64,000 nucleotides of DNA from Antedon mediterranea (GCF_964355755.1 NC_092675.1:29360912-29424911); one strand, 5' to 3'. Shown: positions 1 through 15,007, counted from the stretch's first letter. Made by a program: numbers and translations. Notes: generated from the letters alone by a model not told the origin.

Positions 1-215
1 ACTTTATTCGTCTTCATATACGGTAATATAATAATAATTTATTGATTTATATAAAGCAATATCCTATTAGACTTAAAACTAAGACAATTACTGGCAATAT
101 GTGCACATGGGTGTCCTGTTGTCGCTGCTGTAAATGTCGGCCAACTTAGTTTAATCTTAAATAATACAAATTTTAATTACTATTATATTTAAATATTTAT
201 TATAAAGTTATAAAC

Positions 216-1420
216 CTTTTCATTACTCATTGTGCAATTTGGGATTGGACCGTTCTAGAGGTGTTTACCACCTGTTGGTCCCATCCTTCATTGAATGAAC
301 TCTGTTCTTTATATATGTTATGTCTTTTTCATTTCTCATTGTGCAATTTGTGATTGGACCGTTCTAGAGGTGTTTACCACCTGTTGGTCCCATCCTTTAC
401 TGAATGTACTCTGTTCTTTATATATGTTATGTCTTTTTCATTTCTCATTGTGCAATTTGTGATTGGACCGTTCTAGAGGTGTTTACCACCTGTTGGTCCC
501 ATCCTTTACTGAATGTACTCTGTTCTTTATATATGGTATGTCTTTTTCATTTCTCATTGTGCAATTTGTGATTGGACCGTTCTAGAGGTGTTTACCACCT
601 GTTGGTCCCATCCTTCATTGAATGAACTCTGTTCTTTATATATGTTATGTCTTTTTCATTTCTCATTGTGCAATTTGTGATTGGACCGTTCTAGAGGTGT
701 TTACCACCTGTTGGTCCCATCCTTTACTGAATGTACTCTGTTCTTTATATATGGTATGTCTTTTTCATTTCTCATTGTGCAATTTGTGATTGGACCGTTC
801 TAGAGGTGTTTACCACCTGTTGGTCCCATCCTTTACTGAATGTACTCTGTTCTTTATATATGTTATGTCTTTTTCATTTCTCATTGTGCAATTTGTGATT
901 GGACCGTTCTAGAGGTGTTTACCACCTGTTGGTCCCATCCTTTACTGAATGTACTCTGTTCTTTATATATGTTATGTCTTTTTCATTTCTCATTGTGCAA
1001 TTTGTGATTGGACCGTTCTAGAGGTGTTTACCACCTGTTGGTCCCATCCTTCATTGAATGAACTCTGTTCTTTATATATGTTATGTCTTTTTCATTTCTC
1101 ATTGTGCAATTTGTGATTGGACCGTTCTAGAGGTGTTTACCACCTGTTGGTCCCATCCTTCATTGAATGTACTCTGTTCTTTATATATGTTATGTCTTTT
1201 TCATTTCTCATTGTGCAATTTGTGATTGGACCGTTTTAGAGGTGTTTACCACCTGTTGGTCCCATCCTTCATTGAATGAACTCTGTTCTTTATATATGTT
1301 ATGTCTTTTTCATTTCTCATTGTGCAATTTGTGATTGGACCGTTCTAGAGGTGTTTACCACCTGTTGGTCCCATCCTTCATTGAATGAACTCTGTTCTTT
1401 ATATATGTTATGTCTTTTTC
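216..1420. repeat. 109-bp tandem repeat, ~11 copies
   Basis: GTTCTAGAGG recurs at 252, 361, 470 and onward. Units are near-identical, with two interspersed variants (ccttcattgaatgaac / cctttactgaatgtac). Confidence 0.95.
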
Positions 1421-4296
1421 TTTCTTTGTATGTACATTTTTGGTGAGAATTTGAATAAATAAAACAAATGATAAAAATTAAAATGCATTACCAGAAGCAA
1501 CAGTATGCAAATGCATACATTTAATCCTAGCAGCTTGGGGGAAATCCGCAAATCAGTCAAAGCAGACAGGAGGCCCGATCCGGGCTCAAAGGTAAAATAC
1601 ATAAAGAATACCATACATTTAATTAACAAATCATTTTATATAATAAATACTCATAAATAATATCTATTAAAAGTAACAATGATTCATTTTGACAAAAAAA
1701 ATCGATTGAAAAATATACGGATGATGATGATATATAAAACCAACCCCAACAATTTAAAACAAAACAAAGCCATAGGCCTACATGGCTGCAGTCACGTGCT
1801 TAAATTTGAGTTAGTTTGTACCGACTGACCGACCAACCGAAAAAGTGAGCCAACCACCAAAGCAATTTGTTAAATTAACCGGTTGGGGTTTTTTTTGTCG
1901 TTATGAAATCATTATTTTTGTTCATTATGTGTTCTCTTAAAACTACAAAATATCCTGTTTTTAGCCGTTGACTTTTTTGTTTTTAGGACTCGGGAGGAGG
2001 AGGAGGAGAGAAAGCGATATTGAATGATAAATCCACATAACAAGCATGTTTTTTAGCAATTCTTATAATAATCACCATTTTACATTTTATCGATAGGTAA
2101 TGGCACCAAAAAGCGGGTGCTTTTTCTGGATACCAGACATGATACTCAGAAATAAAAAACTAAGACATTTAATTTAAAATGTTCATAATTAAAGGGTAAT
2201 TAATTTATATAGGCCTAGTTACTATTACTAATTTTAAATTAGGCACCTGAAAATAGTAAAACACCCCCAACCTTTCCGGTCAGCAACAGCAACAGCAAAA
2301 CAATAAAAACAAATTTGTTTGAACTCAAATTTTATTTTAAACATCATGGACCATCTAGCTGCTGTAATTTTCCATGGCTTAATCCAGGACTAGTTAGTCC
2401 AGGTTTCATGATAGGCCTACCATATCAAAGATAGTCCAGGATTATCCTTAGTCCAGGATTATCCTTAGTCCAGGACTGAGGATAGTCCAGGACTAAAGAT
2501 AGTCCCCTTTCATGAATACCGGCTAAAAACACTTAATCCTCCTCTCCCACTCCCGAGATCAACATGCATTATCTCATAATTTCAAAATACGGCTGCATCA
2601 AAATGACCAGTCTTCATAATGTCATTTTGTCAATAGTTTTTGTGACTCATAGTAACCCCCATGGGTTACTATTACAGTAGTGCGTTATTATTATATATTG
2701 ACTTATAAGGTGGGTTACTGTTAGAAGAGGGGTTACTATTAGAGTGTGGGTTACTATTAGAAGATTTACGGTATATATTCCAAATGTTTGGTGCGTGATT
2801 AAAAATTGACGTACTAAAACTGGTAAGTTTTCAACTAGGTACCGTGCAAAATGAGGGCAGTGTTTGTATAATTCAATTAAATGAGATTTTCAACATGTTT
2901 TCTAGAACCAAAGAATAAAATGATTTTGATTTTTATGTTGTATTAAATGTTTATTAACAAATTTAACTGATTCTTGGAGATTTTACGAATAACCATTTTA
3001 TCCTTATAGATTTATTGTCTGTAGGCCTATTTGTTCTTTAAAACAATCCGAATTCTCACTCTCCTTTAAAGTAAATGATTAGTTAAAAACATCTAACTTT
3101 ATCCAAACTAAATGAGTCCGCCAAAAACCCTATAGGCCTACGGTACACAGTAAACATTCTTTGCAGAGACAATCTCAGAATTTTCATTTTATTCAGGTGC
3201 CGTGATTCTTTTTCAGATGTCATGGTTGAAAAATATTTGCTGTTATTATTTTCATTTTGTGAAAAAATGTTTACTTTCCATGATAATGATTTCACCCGAA
3301 AGTGTGAGATCCGCAAGACTCCGTTGGTGATCATGGATTGGATCATGGAGAATATAACTTATTTCTCCATGATTGGATCATAAAAAATCCGACACGTCAC
3401 ATCATTGTCAAAATGATGCAGTACTACTGTAATTTCAGATCATCATGTCACAGTCTCTGAATCTGAACCCCGATTGGGCCCATTTCTTGAAACGGGTCGG
3501 TGACAAAAAAAAACTAATTTATTTCATTTATGGTTTATTGATTATCAAACATACTTCTAAAAACGACATTAATAAATACATACATTTTGCCAGTTTTCAA
3601 TTTCCTCAGAGATAATGGCATTTTTTTTTCTTTAAATCAGACTCGCCATGTCCATAGAAAAAGAAATAAGTGGTTTGATAAAGGCTATGCGTTAAGTACT
3701 TCTTACCTATTTTTACTTAAACATAATTAAAATGACTCAGCCCAAACTTAGACTTATAAGTTCCGTATATCACCATGTCATTTAATCCCGGAATCTTTAA
3801 AAAAATGCTTCACGAAGAAACGTCATGACGGAATGATCAATCTTTTATTATAATTATTATAAATAAAACGATCAATTTAATATTATTTTGTCAATATTCT
3901 CAATGCTATCTCCTCCTTAGCCTATACTTATTTTGGTGTCTCATGCTCATCTTTATTTGTTAGCTACTTGAAGCCACTATGTGTGTGTTTTCTGTTTGCC
4001 TTGCATGCATTTTCGCCATACATTATTTTTATACCATCATTATTATAGCGTTCATCATTATCATAATGATATTTTCGCCCTGTGTTCAGATATTAATAAG
4101 CATTCTTCATTGTTGCCAATATAATACCCGCGTCATCAGGATTTATTTTATAAGACGAATGGTGTAGACAGATATACGTTATAGCCTCCAATATCCAGCT
4201 TCTATATGTTGCTCATGCTTGAGTGCACACGGTAAATGGAGTTCACTGGTGAAAGCTTATTCGTAGTGTAGGTCTAGCCACTATACAGTTAATATC

Positions 4297-4382
4297 ATGC
4301 ATAGTCCAGAAAATCATAAAAAGATGGAGGAAAATGAACACTATTTTAATACTAATTTCTCAGTGAAGGAAGAAATTGGAAA
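4297..4382 (+). CDS. CaMKII: Calcium/calmodulin-dependent protein kinase II-like, coding exon 1
   Basis: ATG at 4297 (second in-frame ATG at 4324; in-frame TAG upstream at 4264) reads MHSPENHKKMEENEHYFNTNFSVKEEIG(K), then a GTAAG donor at 4383. It splices in phase 2 to the GAFSVV exon, completing the glycine-rich loop. Confidence 0.85.
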
Positions 4383-4516
4383 GTAAGTTATGTTTGGTTA
4401 TTTATCTAAGATTTATTGTCTACAATGTAAGCTTATTTACAGTTAGGTAAATTTGTTTTCGTTGGTGTTTGTGGGAGATGTTTAGATATATGATGTGATG
4501 TGTTTTTAATTTTCAG

Positions 4517-4611
4517 AGGTGCCTTTAGTGTGGTAAAAAGATGTTTACATATTCCAACAAGTCAAGAATATGCGGCTAAAATCATCAACACTAGTAAAAT
4601 GAGTGCAAGAG
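4517..4611 (+). CDS. CaMKII: CaMKII-like coding exon 2 (G-loop and catalytic Lys)
   Basis: tttcag acceptor; 95-bp exon encoding [31 protein letters not shown]; GTAAG donor. Matches the CaMKII signature GAFSVVRRC...[15 protein letters not shown]. Confidence 0.93.
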
Positions 4612-7600
4612 GTAAGAGCGCAATGATTATTAGATTCGATATCAATTTGTATTTTACCGACAATTAATTGTAGTTGATGGTCTAAGCTGCGATACCTAGG
4701 CTTCGTCTAGGCCAGTAAAATGTGGTTCCGGAGAGCCGAGAGTAGGCGTGGTTTTTAACCTGAGTTGTATGGATGTTTTGTACGTGGATTTTTAACGTAC
4801 AAACTCATGGAATCTAGAAGCAATAGGTTGCATAGAGTTATTGAGGCCCAAGTAAAGCAATTATTTTGTTCTGGAATGTGTGAATTTACTGTTAAAAATA
4901 ATATAGATAGTAAAACTTTATGATAAACACAAAATTTGATAATATAATTTAATATTTAATAATTCCTCTACAGTACAAACTAGATTAGTCATTTGTTTGC
5001 ATAATTGGTAAATTTGATGCTTTTTATAGGTGCTTATGCTACTGTGTACAGTATAGTAATTTTAGGCAAACCAACGTTAAACAAAAAATTCAATATTTTC
5101 TTAGGGATATATTGATTAAGAGATGTTGTTGGTATGAATGGATGTATTTAAACAAAAACAACATCCATCTACTTAGACTAAAAACTTAAAATACATGAAA
5201 TACAAAACAAAGATGAGCAGGTTTTTTACTTTGTTTGTTGGTAGTTAAGATTTGGTGCTGTGGCATATTAATTTCGTATTCAGAGTTGATCACATTGTTA
5301 TGTTAATGAAGTCAATTAAAAAAATGTACTTCTCAGAAAAGACACAATGTACAGTAGTTCATAAGTTATAGGTCATAATGATGATGTCAAAGTGCGATAA
5401 AAAGCTTAACATTTTTGACGACCTAGCAATTAGTTACTTCATGTTAATTTAAATTATAATGTTTGTGTTTGTAGAAAATTCTTTCTCACTCAATTTCTTT
5501 GACACAGTTTTTATAGATTGTAGATCAGTTGTCGCTAATCTTCTTTCCCTATCAGTGAATACATTAAAAGCTGGGTTAATGTATCTGTCTAAACTATCAA
5601 ACTTAATGTGAAAAAAAATGTAATGTGCCCATATAAGGACATGATGATGTCATACCACTACCATTTTTGGTTATATCGCTACCATTAATTGAGCACATCA
5701 CACTGTTTTTGTCAAACTAGTTTGATAGTGTAGACAGACCTTTATGGTCTATCACACCACACATCACGCATCACACAGCCAATGATAAAATTATTTTAAA
5801 TTAAAAAAAAAATAAAATACTAATGGATTAAAGATGAACTAAGGATTGTGGGATTGTACTTTACTGTACATTCATTTGTCTTTCATCACAAAAAAGTAGT
5901 TCACTCTAAAACAGGAAGTTAGTTACCAAGCTATTCATGCGTAACATACACTTGATACATTATCCTAATACATTTTAGTGTTTTTTTATACTAATAAAAC
6001 ATTATAGTATGTGCAATATGTGTAATGTATTTCTCATTACAATTAAATGTAAATGTGAATGAATAACCGGTGACTTGCAGCCAACTGAGCTCAATACAGG
6101 TGTGGATATTTACATCAACTTCCTTCTCCTCAAATGTCTCTCCGTGTCGCAGCTGCCGCTAAACGGCGCATTTGGCTTTCCATAAACACTGTGGCTGAGA
6201 TGGACCAGTACACTGGGTTAACCTTCTATTCTTCTAAAAGATTAATCAGGATTCTTTATATAAATAGTGGTCGTTTGAGATTGTCATTAGTTGAAAGATG
6301 GACAGGTCTACTAGGTCCATCAACGCAGCGATAGAATCTTGCCACAGAGTAGAACTGTTATTGACGATGCTCTCTATAAGGTTTTTTTTTCTTGTGCGTG
6401 TTTGGATAGCAAAAATATTATCATCAACATACAGAATTAACCAATATAAATGTGAACATAATCCGGCGGCTACCTACAGTATAGAGGTATATTGGTACTG
6501 TATTATATAGTAATGTTTCAATAATGTGTAAGACCTCTAATTCTGAAGGAAATGCTAGATTTAGATTGAAATTGTTTTCTAGTCAGGAAAGAGTTGATTG
6601 ATGGACACACAGTGACAAAACAGTTTATGCAACATCAATGTGATATACTTGATTCAAAGTCTACCAAAGTCAGCACTATAGACATTATAATTCAAGCAAA
6701 CATTCATATTTTCGCAGATGTATTTTAATGTACAGTACGTGCATGTTGCGTGAATCACCTAACGCGTCCTGTTGATGAGTTCAAATCTTTTTTTTTTAAA
6801 TAAATGTTACATACTTGTAATGAGATGATCAATATTTGATAGTTAACCTCAGCAATCTGCATGTCATGTTGTAAACAGTACGGTATTTTATTTCATGTTA
6901 ACAATACTTTAATGTCACTATAATTTGCCAAGCATGGTTTAAATAAAGACAGAAACTAAATATATCAATCTTACTGACATACATTTCCATGACCTTTTTT
7001 AATTATTACTGTAGTAGTACTGTAGTATAGCCTGGATTAATGTTCAGCAAAAAACTATAGTGATGTGATAGATAGTGATACTGATAGTGAGGATAATAAT
7101 AATAAAATTAATAATAATCATCATATAAATAATAATAATAACATTTATTCTATTTTGCATCCTAAAAATTGTATTTTTATTAATAAATTAATGTTTTCCA
7201 AACCGTACCATATTTTCTATTGAATAAATTAATTTTAATTATTTCTTTGTTTGATAACCTAATTTACTCTATCAATCATTATCAGTAGTAGTTAGTATTC
7301 CATTCCTATATTATACTTAAAATTTGAAAATAAATGCAAATGACGACTTTCCATTGAATCGTAATTTCTTAAACTTGTTAATAAATATTCTAACATGTTA
7401 TTATGATCTTATTTATTATAATTAATTTGATTATTACTATATTTTTTATTTCTCGGATGTAGTGCTTACTACTATTATTTGTATTCGAAGTGTATAAAAA
7501 AAAGAAAGAAAAAAAGTATAGGTTATTGTATCATGATTACGTCGTCGCTATGCAACATGCTGGTCTATACAGTCAGTCATCTGCAGTTGTATAATCTAGG

Positions 7601-7769
7601 ATAATCTGTTGTACATTGCTACAAATGGAAATACAGTACCTCATCACTGCTATGGTGCTATTTTATGGTGCTATTTAGTGTTTCAATTCAAAGCTATGCA
7701 GCTTAGCTATCTTGAGTGTGACATGAAACTGTACAAGGATTAAGATGGATTGCCACAGTTAAAACTATC

Positions 7770-8130
7770 AATCATCATAATCACTATCATTATAATCGTC
7801 ACTATCATCATCATCAATATCATCATCATCATCAATATCATCATCATCAATATCATCAATATAATCATCATCAATATCATCATCATCGTCAATATCATCA
7901 TCATCAATATCATCATCATCAATATCATCATCATCTTTATCATCACCATTATCATCACCATCACTGTCATCAACATCACTGTCATCATCAACATCATCAC
8001 TATCATCAATATCATCATCATCATCATCAACATCATCACTATCATCATCATCAAAATCATCAATATCATCATCAATATCATCATCAATATCATCATCAAC
8101 ATCACTGTCTGTCATCATCAACATCAATTA
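7770..8130. repeat. Degenerate (ATC)n microsatellite
   Basis: atc/aat/act triplet run; explains the poly-I, poly-D and poly-M ORFs. Confidence 0.95.
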
Positions 8131-9020
8131 TCATAGTTTGATCAATCATTTACTATTATTCATTGATAAACTTTGCTCATCTGGTTTTTATAATCGTATA
8201 CTATTACAAAATTTATTTAATACAGAGAATTTTCTAATCAATTGTAATGTTTATGTATTGCGTAATTGACCTTTTGAATATGCAAGCTTATTGGACATTC
8301 TCACAAATTGAGAAATTCAATTCATACAGTAGTACACAATCCTATTTAAACAGTTCACAAAAATGAGTTAAATTAATATGATTGAAAATAATTTAATTAA
8401 AAATTACATTAGAAATTAAAAAAATAAATAGAATTTAATTAAACAACATGGATGAAGATTAATAAGTACAAAGTCTTTGATTATCAATATTTTTAAAGCA
8501 ATATTGTACAACAATACAAATAGCAACAACAATGATGCCTTATGTACATAGAATGATGCTCATGTTTAACATTACTGTAGGCCTAGGAACCATAAACAAA
8601 TAAAATTATATTTTCTGAATCTTTCTTTGTTTTTATTCAATTATAGACTTAGATTTCATAGAGTTCACCGTAAATTTTCATTTAATTTTAATATAATTAT
8701 TTTAATCTGTTGGTGCCTCTAAACATTTTAAATTACCTGACTATTAGTATTATAATAGTAAGTAGCATTTAAATATAACTGGCCATTCCTTCCGCTTAAT
8801 AATGTATACCACATCTGTGCAGTTGACTTATGTTTAATTAGTTGATTGATTAACTAATTAATTTAAACACAATTTTACATCTAGCAAGCCAGAATTGTAA
8901 TATGAGAATAGGTGTTGCAATTAATATTATTTTAATATCAGTAGAACCTCTCTTGTGGGACATGCCTATTAAAGGGACAACCCAATTAGGGTTTGTTGTG
9001 TGCCTAAGGTGTCCCTTTAA

Positions 9021-10148
9021 AATGGACCTGAAATGGATTTTCGATTTTTTTCATTTTAGAATGATGTTTTGGGGGCTATTAGGTGTTGCTAGAATGTATA
9101 TTTCTTACAAAATATAAATTGGCCCTTTTGGGGAAAGCCCCATTTGAAAATCAAAAAAATTCGCGGGTGACGTCACTTTGTGAATATATTCCTATCCCTC
9201 CAATGGACAATTTGCAGTTTTTTGGCTATAACTCTAGAAATCTATGGAGTATTTTCTAAAAAATGCTTGTGCATTTGCAGAAACGTATTTAGAATTTTTT
9301 TAGATAAAATTATTACCATATAAACGGTTATTCATCGAGTAAATGACGATTTAAAATCTTAAAATCAACGGTTTTTTTCCTGGCAATACCGAAGTTTGCC
9401 TGGCAACGTTGTCCGGGATACAGCTCCGTGCGCAATGATGCGTATCCATATTTTCCGTTCGTGTATTTTGTATATCGTTCGTAATTTATACTGCTAAAAT
9501 GTGTTAGTTTCTTTAGTTTTTAGTTTAGCAATAGCAGAATTAAATTAGTAATATGAGATGATAATTTATTTGTCACGAATCAGGCAGTTCGAAAACGAAT
9601 TTTATTCATATTTTACTTTGGCTTGACAATGAGCGCAGCAAGTTGTTGATATCGCTTTGGTCCTTGGATGCACATGAAACGGAGCCTCGCCGCATGATGT
9701 GGGTGGTGGATTGACTCCGCGCACTGGATTGGGGGCCTAGGCCTAGTAAAGGTTTGGGAGGTAGGCCTTCTAAATTTGGGTTTTAGAACAAACGAAGTAC
9801 ATTTTAGGGACCTATATTTCAACAACATTAGATATTGAATAAATTAGTATTAGTGTCAACGCTTCGCGTATCTTTCCAGGCCGTCGATCATTCACTGACT
9901 ATCGGGCGGCATACACGCTCTCGATATCATCGTGTGTATATGTGACGTCGTGAATATAGAGGCTTCCGACGGCCGTTGAAATAGAATATTGCAATGGCGT
10001 GAGTAATTTTCGCTAATTTACCATGGTATCTTAAAATTTCGTTTTTACTCAAAATACTATACATTTTGTTTTTATTTGTATGGGTTTGTGTTAATTTGAA
10101 TAACATGTGTGAATTTCTTGAAAATCGAAAGTCCATTTCAGGTCCATT
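9021..10148. mobile_element. Non-autonomous TIR DNA transposon with TTAA TSD (Kolobok-like)
   Basis: TIRs AATGGACCTGAAATGGATTTTCGATTTT ... AAAATCGAAAGTCCATTTCAGGTCCATT, flanked by TTAA at 9017-9020 and 10149-10152. Removing the element restores the neighbouring repeat unit gtccctTTAAtagggttctactg. Purine-purine termini with a TTAA TSD fit Kolobok rather than piggyBac. Confidence 0.8.
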
Positions 10149-12172
10149 TTAATAGGGTTCTACTGTACTAAAGGGGACACTTTGTTGTGTGCCTAAAGTG
10201 TCCCTTTAATAGGGTTCTACTGTACTAAAGGGGACACTTTGTTGTGTGCCTAAGGTGTCCCTTTAATAGGGTTCTACTGTACTAAAGGGGACACTTTGTT
10301 GTGTGCCTAAGGTGTCCCTTTAATAGGGTTCTACTGTACTAAAGGGGACACTTTGTTCTGTGCCTAAGGTGTCCCTTTAATAGGGTTCTACTGTACTTAA
10401 GGGGACACTTTGTTGTGTGCCTAAAGTGTCCCTTTAATAGGGTTCTACTGTACTAAAGGGGACACTTTGTTGTGTGCCTAAGGTGTCCCTTTAATAGGGT
10501 TCTACTGTACTTAAGGGGACACTTTGTTGTGTGCCTAAGGTGTCCCTTTAATAGGGTTCTACTGTACTAAAGGGGACACTTTGTTGTGTGCCTAAAGTGT
10601 CCCTTTAATAGGGTTCTTCTGTACTAAAGGGGACACTTTGATGTGTGCCTAAGGTGTCCCTTTAATAGGGTTCTACTGTACTAAAGGGGACACTTTGTTG
10701 TGTGCCTAAGGTGTCCCTTTAATAGGGTTCTTCTGTACTAAAGGGGACACTTTGTTGTGTGCCTAAAGTGTCCCTTTAATAGGGTTCTACTGTACTTAAG
10801 GGGACACTTTGTTGTGTGCCTAAGGTGTCCCTTTAATAGGGTTCTACTGTACTAAAGGGGACACTTTGTTGTGTGCCTAAAGTGTCCCTTTAATAGGGTT
10901 CTACTGTACTTAAGGGGACACTTTGTTGTGTGCCTAAGGTGTCCCTTTAATAGGGTTCTACTGTACTAAAGGGGACACTTTGTTGTGTGCCTAAAGTGTC
11001 CCTTTAATAGGGTTCTACTGTACTTAAGGGGACACTTTGTTGTGTGCCTAAAGTGTCCCTTTAATAGGGTTCTACTGTACTTAAGGGGACACTTTGTTGT
11101 GTGCCTAAGGTGTCCCTTTAATAGGGTTCTACTGTACTTAAGGGGACACTTTGTTGTGTACCTAAAGTGTCCCTTTAATAGGGTTCTACTGTACTTAAGG
11201 GGACACTTTGTTGTGTTCCTAAGGTGTCCCTTTAATAGGGTTCTACTGTACTTAAGGGGACACTTTGTTGTGTGCCTAAGGTGTCCCTTTAATAGGGTTC
11301 TTCTGTACTGAAGGGGACACTTTGTTGTGTGCCTAAGGTGTCCCTTTAATAGGGTTCTACTGTACTGAAGGGGACACTTTGTTGTGTGCCTAAAGTGTCC
11401 CTTTAATAGGGTTCTACTGTACTTAAGGGGACACTTTGTTGTGTGCCTAAAGTGTCCCTTTAATAGGGTTCTACTGTACTAAAGGGGACACTTTGTTGTG
11501 TGCCTAAGGTGTCCCTTTAATAGGGTTCTACTGTACTTAAGGGGACACTTTGTTGTGTGCCTAAAGTGTCCCTTTAATAGGGTTCTACTGTACTAAAGGC
11601 GACACTTTGTTGTGTGCCTAAGGTGTCCCTTTAATAGGGTTCTACTGTACTAAAGGGGACACTTTGTTGTGTGCCTAAAGTGTCCCTTTAATAGGGTTCT
11701 ACTGTACTTAAGGGGACACTTTGTTGTGTGCCTAAGGTGTCCCTTTAATAGGGTTCTACTGTACTAAAGGGGACACTTTGTTGTGTGCCTAAGGTGTCCC
11801 TTTAATAGGGTTCTACTGTACTAAAGGGGACACTTTGTTGTGTGCCTAAGGTGTCCCTTTAATAGGGTTCTACTGTACTAAAGGGGACACTTTGTTGTGT
11901 GCCTAAGGTGTCCCTTTAATAGGGTTCTACTGTACTAAAGGGGACACTTTGTTGTGTGCCTAAGGTGTCCCTTTAATAGGGTTCTTCTGTACTAAAGGGG
12001 ACACTTTGTTGTGTGCCTAAGGTGTCCCTTTAATAGGGTTCTTCTGTACTGAAGGGGACACTTTGATGTGTGCCTAAGGTGTCCCTTTAATAGGGTTCTT
12101 CTGTACTGAAGGGGACACTTTGTTGTGTCCAGAAAGTGTCCCTTTAATAGGGTCCTATTCTACTGTACTGAA
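10149..12172. repeat. 57(-58)-bp tandem minisatellite, ~35 copies
   Basis: Unit aaaggggacactttgttgtgtgcctaaggtgtccctttaatagggttctactgtact, with an internal inverted repeat aaggggacac/gtgtccctt. Confidence 0.95.
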
Positions 12173-14842
12173 GGTGTTAAACTTACTAGTATTCTATCTA
12201 CTGTATATAGTCACATTGCTGTACTGTAGTTTGTGACATACAGTTATGAATGTTATATTTTTTAGCTTTTTTTTAATTTTTTGTAATACTGTATATTATA
12301 CTGTATTTATTTATTTTTTAATTGAATTGAAAAATTATAGTTTATTGATCCTGGGGCAAGCAAAGATTGTGAAGCATCACTGTCCTCGTCACTTTGGGAT
12401 GTTCTGCTCCATCGGCGAACAGATACAAAAAATAAAAAAATAAAATACTACTGCACAGTTCAATTGGTACAGTGAAATGTGTTATATTCCAATTTTAATA
12501 TTATTTTAACTTGGATGTTATTATGTATTTTATCATCATCTGAAAGTTTAAGCAACCGTAACCACCCACGATGTTGTCTATTATTATCTGAAGGTCTACT
12601 ACAAATAGCAAATATATAATAATAATATTAAATACCTTTGAGTGCTAACGTTATGTGCAGTATGGGGCATGATACTCTACTATTAATTACTGGCTCTTAT
12701 ACTTCAAGAAGTCAACAGATTACCTAGCCTAATATCTAATACCTGATTAATAAATGTCTAATTTTTATAAGAAATTATAGATTATTGATGTGATTTTAAT
12801 AATATAGTAATTAGTACATGTAGATATTTAAATTGCTTGTTTAATTTTGTGTATACTGCCCCATGGGAGGGGGAAGTAGACATAATGTCGATGCCTTGTA
12901 AAGTACAGTAATGTAAAGGCCAAAAGAGAGTACTGTACATACACTGTATAAGAATTGTTGTATGTATCCGGCTGTAACATTATTTAAACTCTACACAATT
13001 CATAAGAAAGCACATCTGCAAAACTAATAAGGATATAAATGTATTTTTTGATAGTACTTTTTTTCGGAAACACATAACAAATAAAATATGATGTCATATC
13101 AGTACCATATTTGGGTATAGAACTAACATAATATTTGGGTACATCACACTTTTTTTTTTGTCCAACTAGTTTGATAGTGTAGACAGAGCTTTAGTGTTAT
13201 ATTTTAATGACATTATTTCTTGGTAAATTTGTTTAACGACGTTGCTTCATGTCAAAATCATTGGCTTGAATTCTTCAAGCAACACTGAATGAATAGGTTG
13301 ATGTAATAATTGCTTAGCAACAACCTAAGGCTATGCAAATCTTTAACACATTATCAATGTTTATGTTAAAATGTTGCTATTCACAAAGCTATCTATGTTG
13401 TGAATATTTATATAGCTATATACAGTATATTATGAATAAAATAAAATTGCAGACATTTCCCTGTTAAGGTAGTAAATTATGATAGTAACAAGACTTGCTT
13501 ATGTTTCAACAATCAAGTACAGTAATGTGTATATGTATGCGTAAGTCAAAAACAGACTGTGATATAATAACATTTGCATTGATTTTTGTAATTCTGATAT
13601 TAGCACTAAAGGCTATTCTACAACAAGATTACAACTGACTACACGATAAACAACTTAAATTAATTTTAAAAGCTCATTTAAACTTAAAAAATTGTGAAAA
13701 TAATGTACTGCTTCAGTCAGTCAATATTTCAAACCATTGGAAATAGTTGATATTTAACTATAGTATTAGTACCACGCATAATAATACTGATAACCTGTGA
13801 CATTGGCATGAAAACTCTAAGCGCGGTAAAATACAAACTGAAAATAAATTATTTGAAAAAAGGATAATCTGACCAAAAATAAAAAAAAAAAGAACCATTC
13901 CAAAAATACTCTCCAAACTGATGTATGGGGATATGCCCTTGTCGTTTATTAGGGTTCGGTCAAATTGAACCCTGGTCAGCCCCAGTTGTGTCTAGGTCAT
14001 CTCGGAATTGGGCGCCTCCTATATAATAGGCCCCAAAAAAATGAGATGCACAAAAAAAATGTTTTCTTTCCTAAATAATATCTGTAATATTATGTGCAGT
14101 ACTACTGGTAATTTGAAAATATTAACCTTCAAACGTTGATAGCTTGTAACATAATAATACATATTTGCTTTTTATTTTGAAATGTGAAATAATTATTATT
14201 TTAAAATTTTTTAGAGAAATAGATCCACTGTTCTATAATCTATCTCTTCATTCATTCTTTTAGTTTCAAGTGTTAATTGTAATTGTTTAAACTGCTAACA
14301 TATTGCGGACAAAAATGTCTTGAAAATTGTGTAATAAAAGAATATTGTCTAGTGCCTAGGTAATCCATCAAAAGGACCCATGCTGCCAAATTAGGCTTGA
14401 AATTGTGCGAAAACAGTTTGACGGAGATAAATATAAAAAGCGCAAGACTTGATAAAAGCTGATTGCATTAAAATGTAACTGCTTTTTTTAGTGGTAATGC
14501 GTCAGGCGGATTAATAGTCATCTGAATCTATGAATAGATTCTCGATTTAATGTAAGGTTGCGTCTTTTAGATATTGTAGCTATGAACATATTATGCAGTG
14601 GATCTAGCAGTATTGTTATCCTGTTTTTAGCACCACGTTTTATCCCATTCAAATGCGCCATCTGCTGTTAAAATATCGTTTTGTCTTTTCCCCATTTCAA
14701 TATATTTTTTTTTGCATTGTGATGCTCGTTTAGACGTTGATTTGTGAACCACAATTGTCATGACAATTTCATTAAATATATTTTGGTCAAAAAGTGTTCA
14801 TACTGTACACACTATTGTTAAGTGTGCGTAGAACAGATACAG

Positions 14843-15007
14843 TAAAGCTCTGTCTACACTATCAAACTTTACGTGACAACAAAAATTTGATGTGATGCCA
14901 AGGACATGACGATGTCATATCACTACCATAGTTGAGCATATCACTACCATATTTGGGCACATCACATTTCTTTGTCGCATAGAGTTTGATAGTATAGACA
15001 GAGCTTA
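14843..15007. mobile_element. ~170-bp MITE family (TIR agctctgtctacactatcaaact)
   Basis: Both TIRs present. Related full or partial copies lie at about 5580, 13090, 16720, 18016, 18497, 21433, 37837, 41095, 55525 and 57512. Confidence 0.85.

Noticed and set aside
216-1420. Regular repeat as a possible CRISPR array
   Set aside because: There are no unique spacers; the whole 109-bp unit repeats, and the context is eukaryotic.
6060-6380. GC-richer stretch with short ORFs
   Set aside because: No recognisable protein motif, and the - frame I translated contains stops; probably a decayed element.
7740-8136. Poly-D, poly-I and poly-M ORFs
   Set aside because: Translations of an ATC microsatellite.
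10149-12172. Palindromic 57-bp repeat as a CRISPR array, or ORF 10985-11311 as a repeat protein
   Set aside because: No spacers; single-base indels break the frame; explained as a MITE-derived minisatellite.
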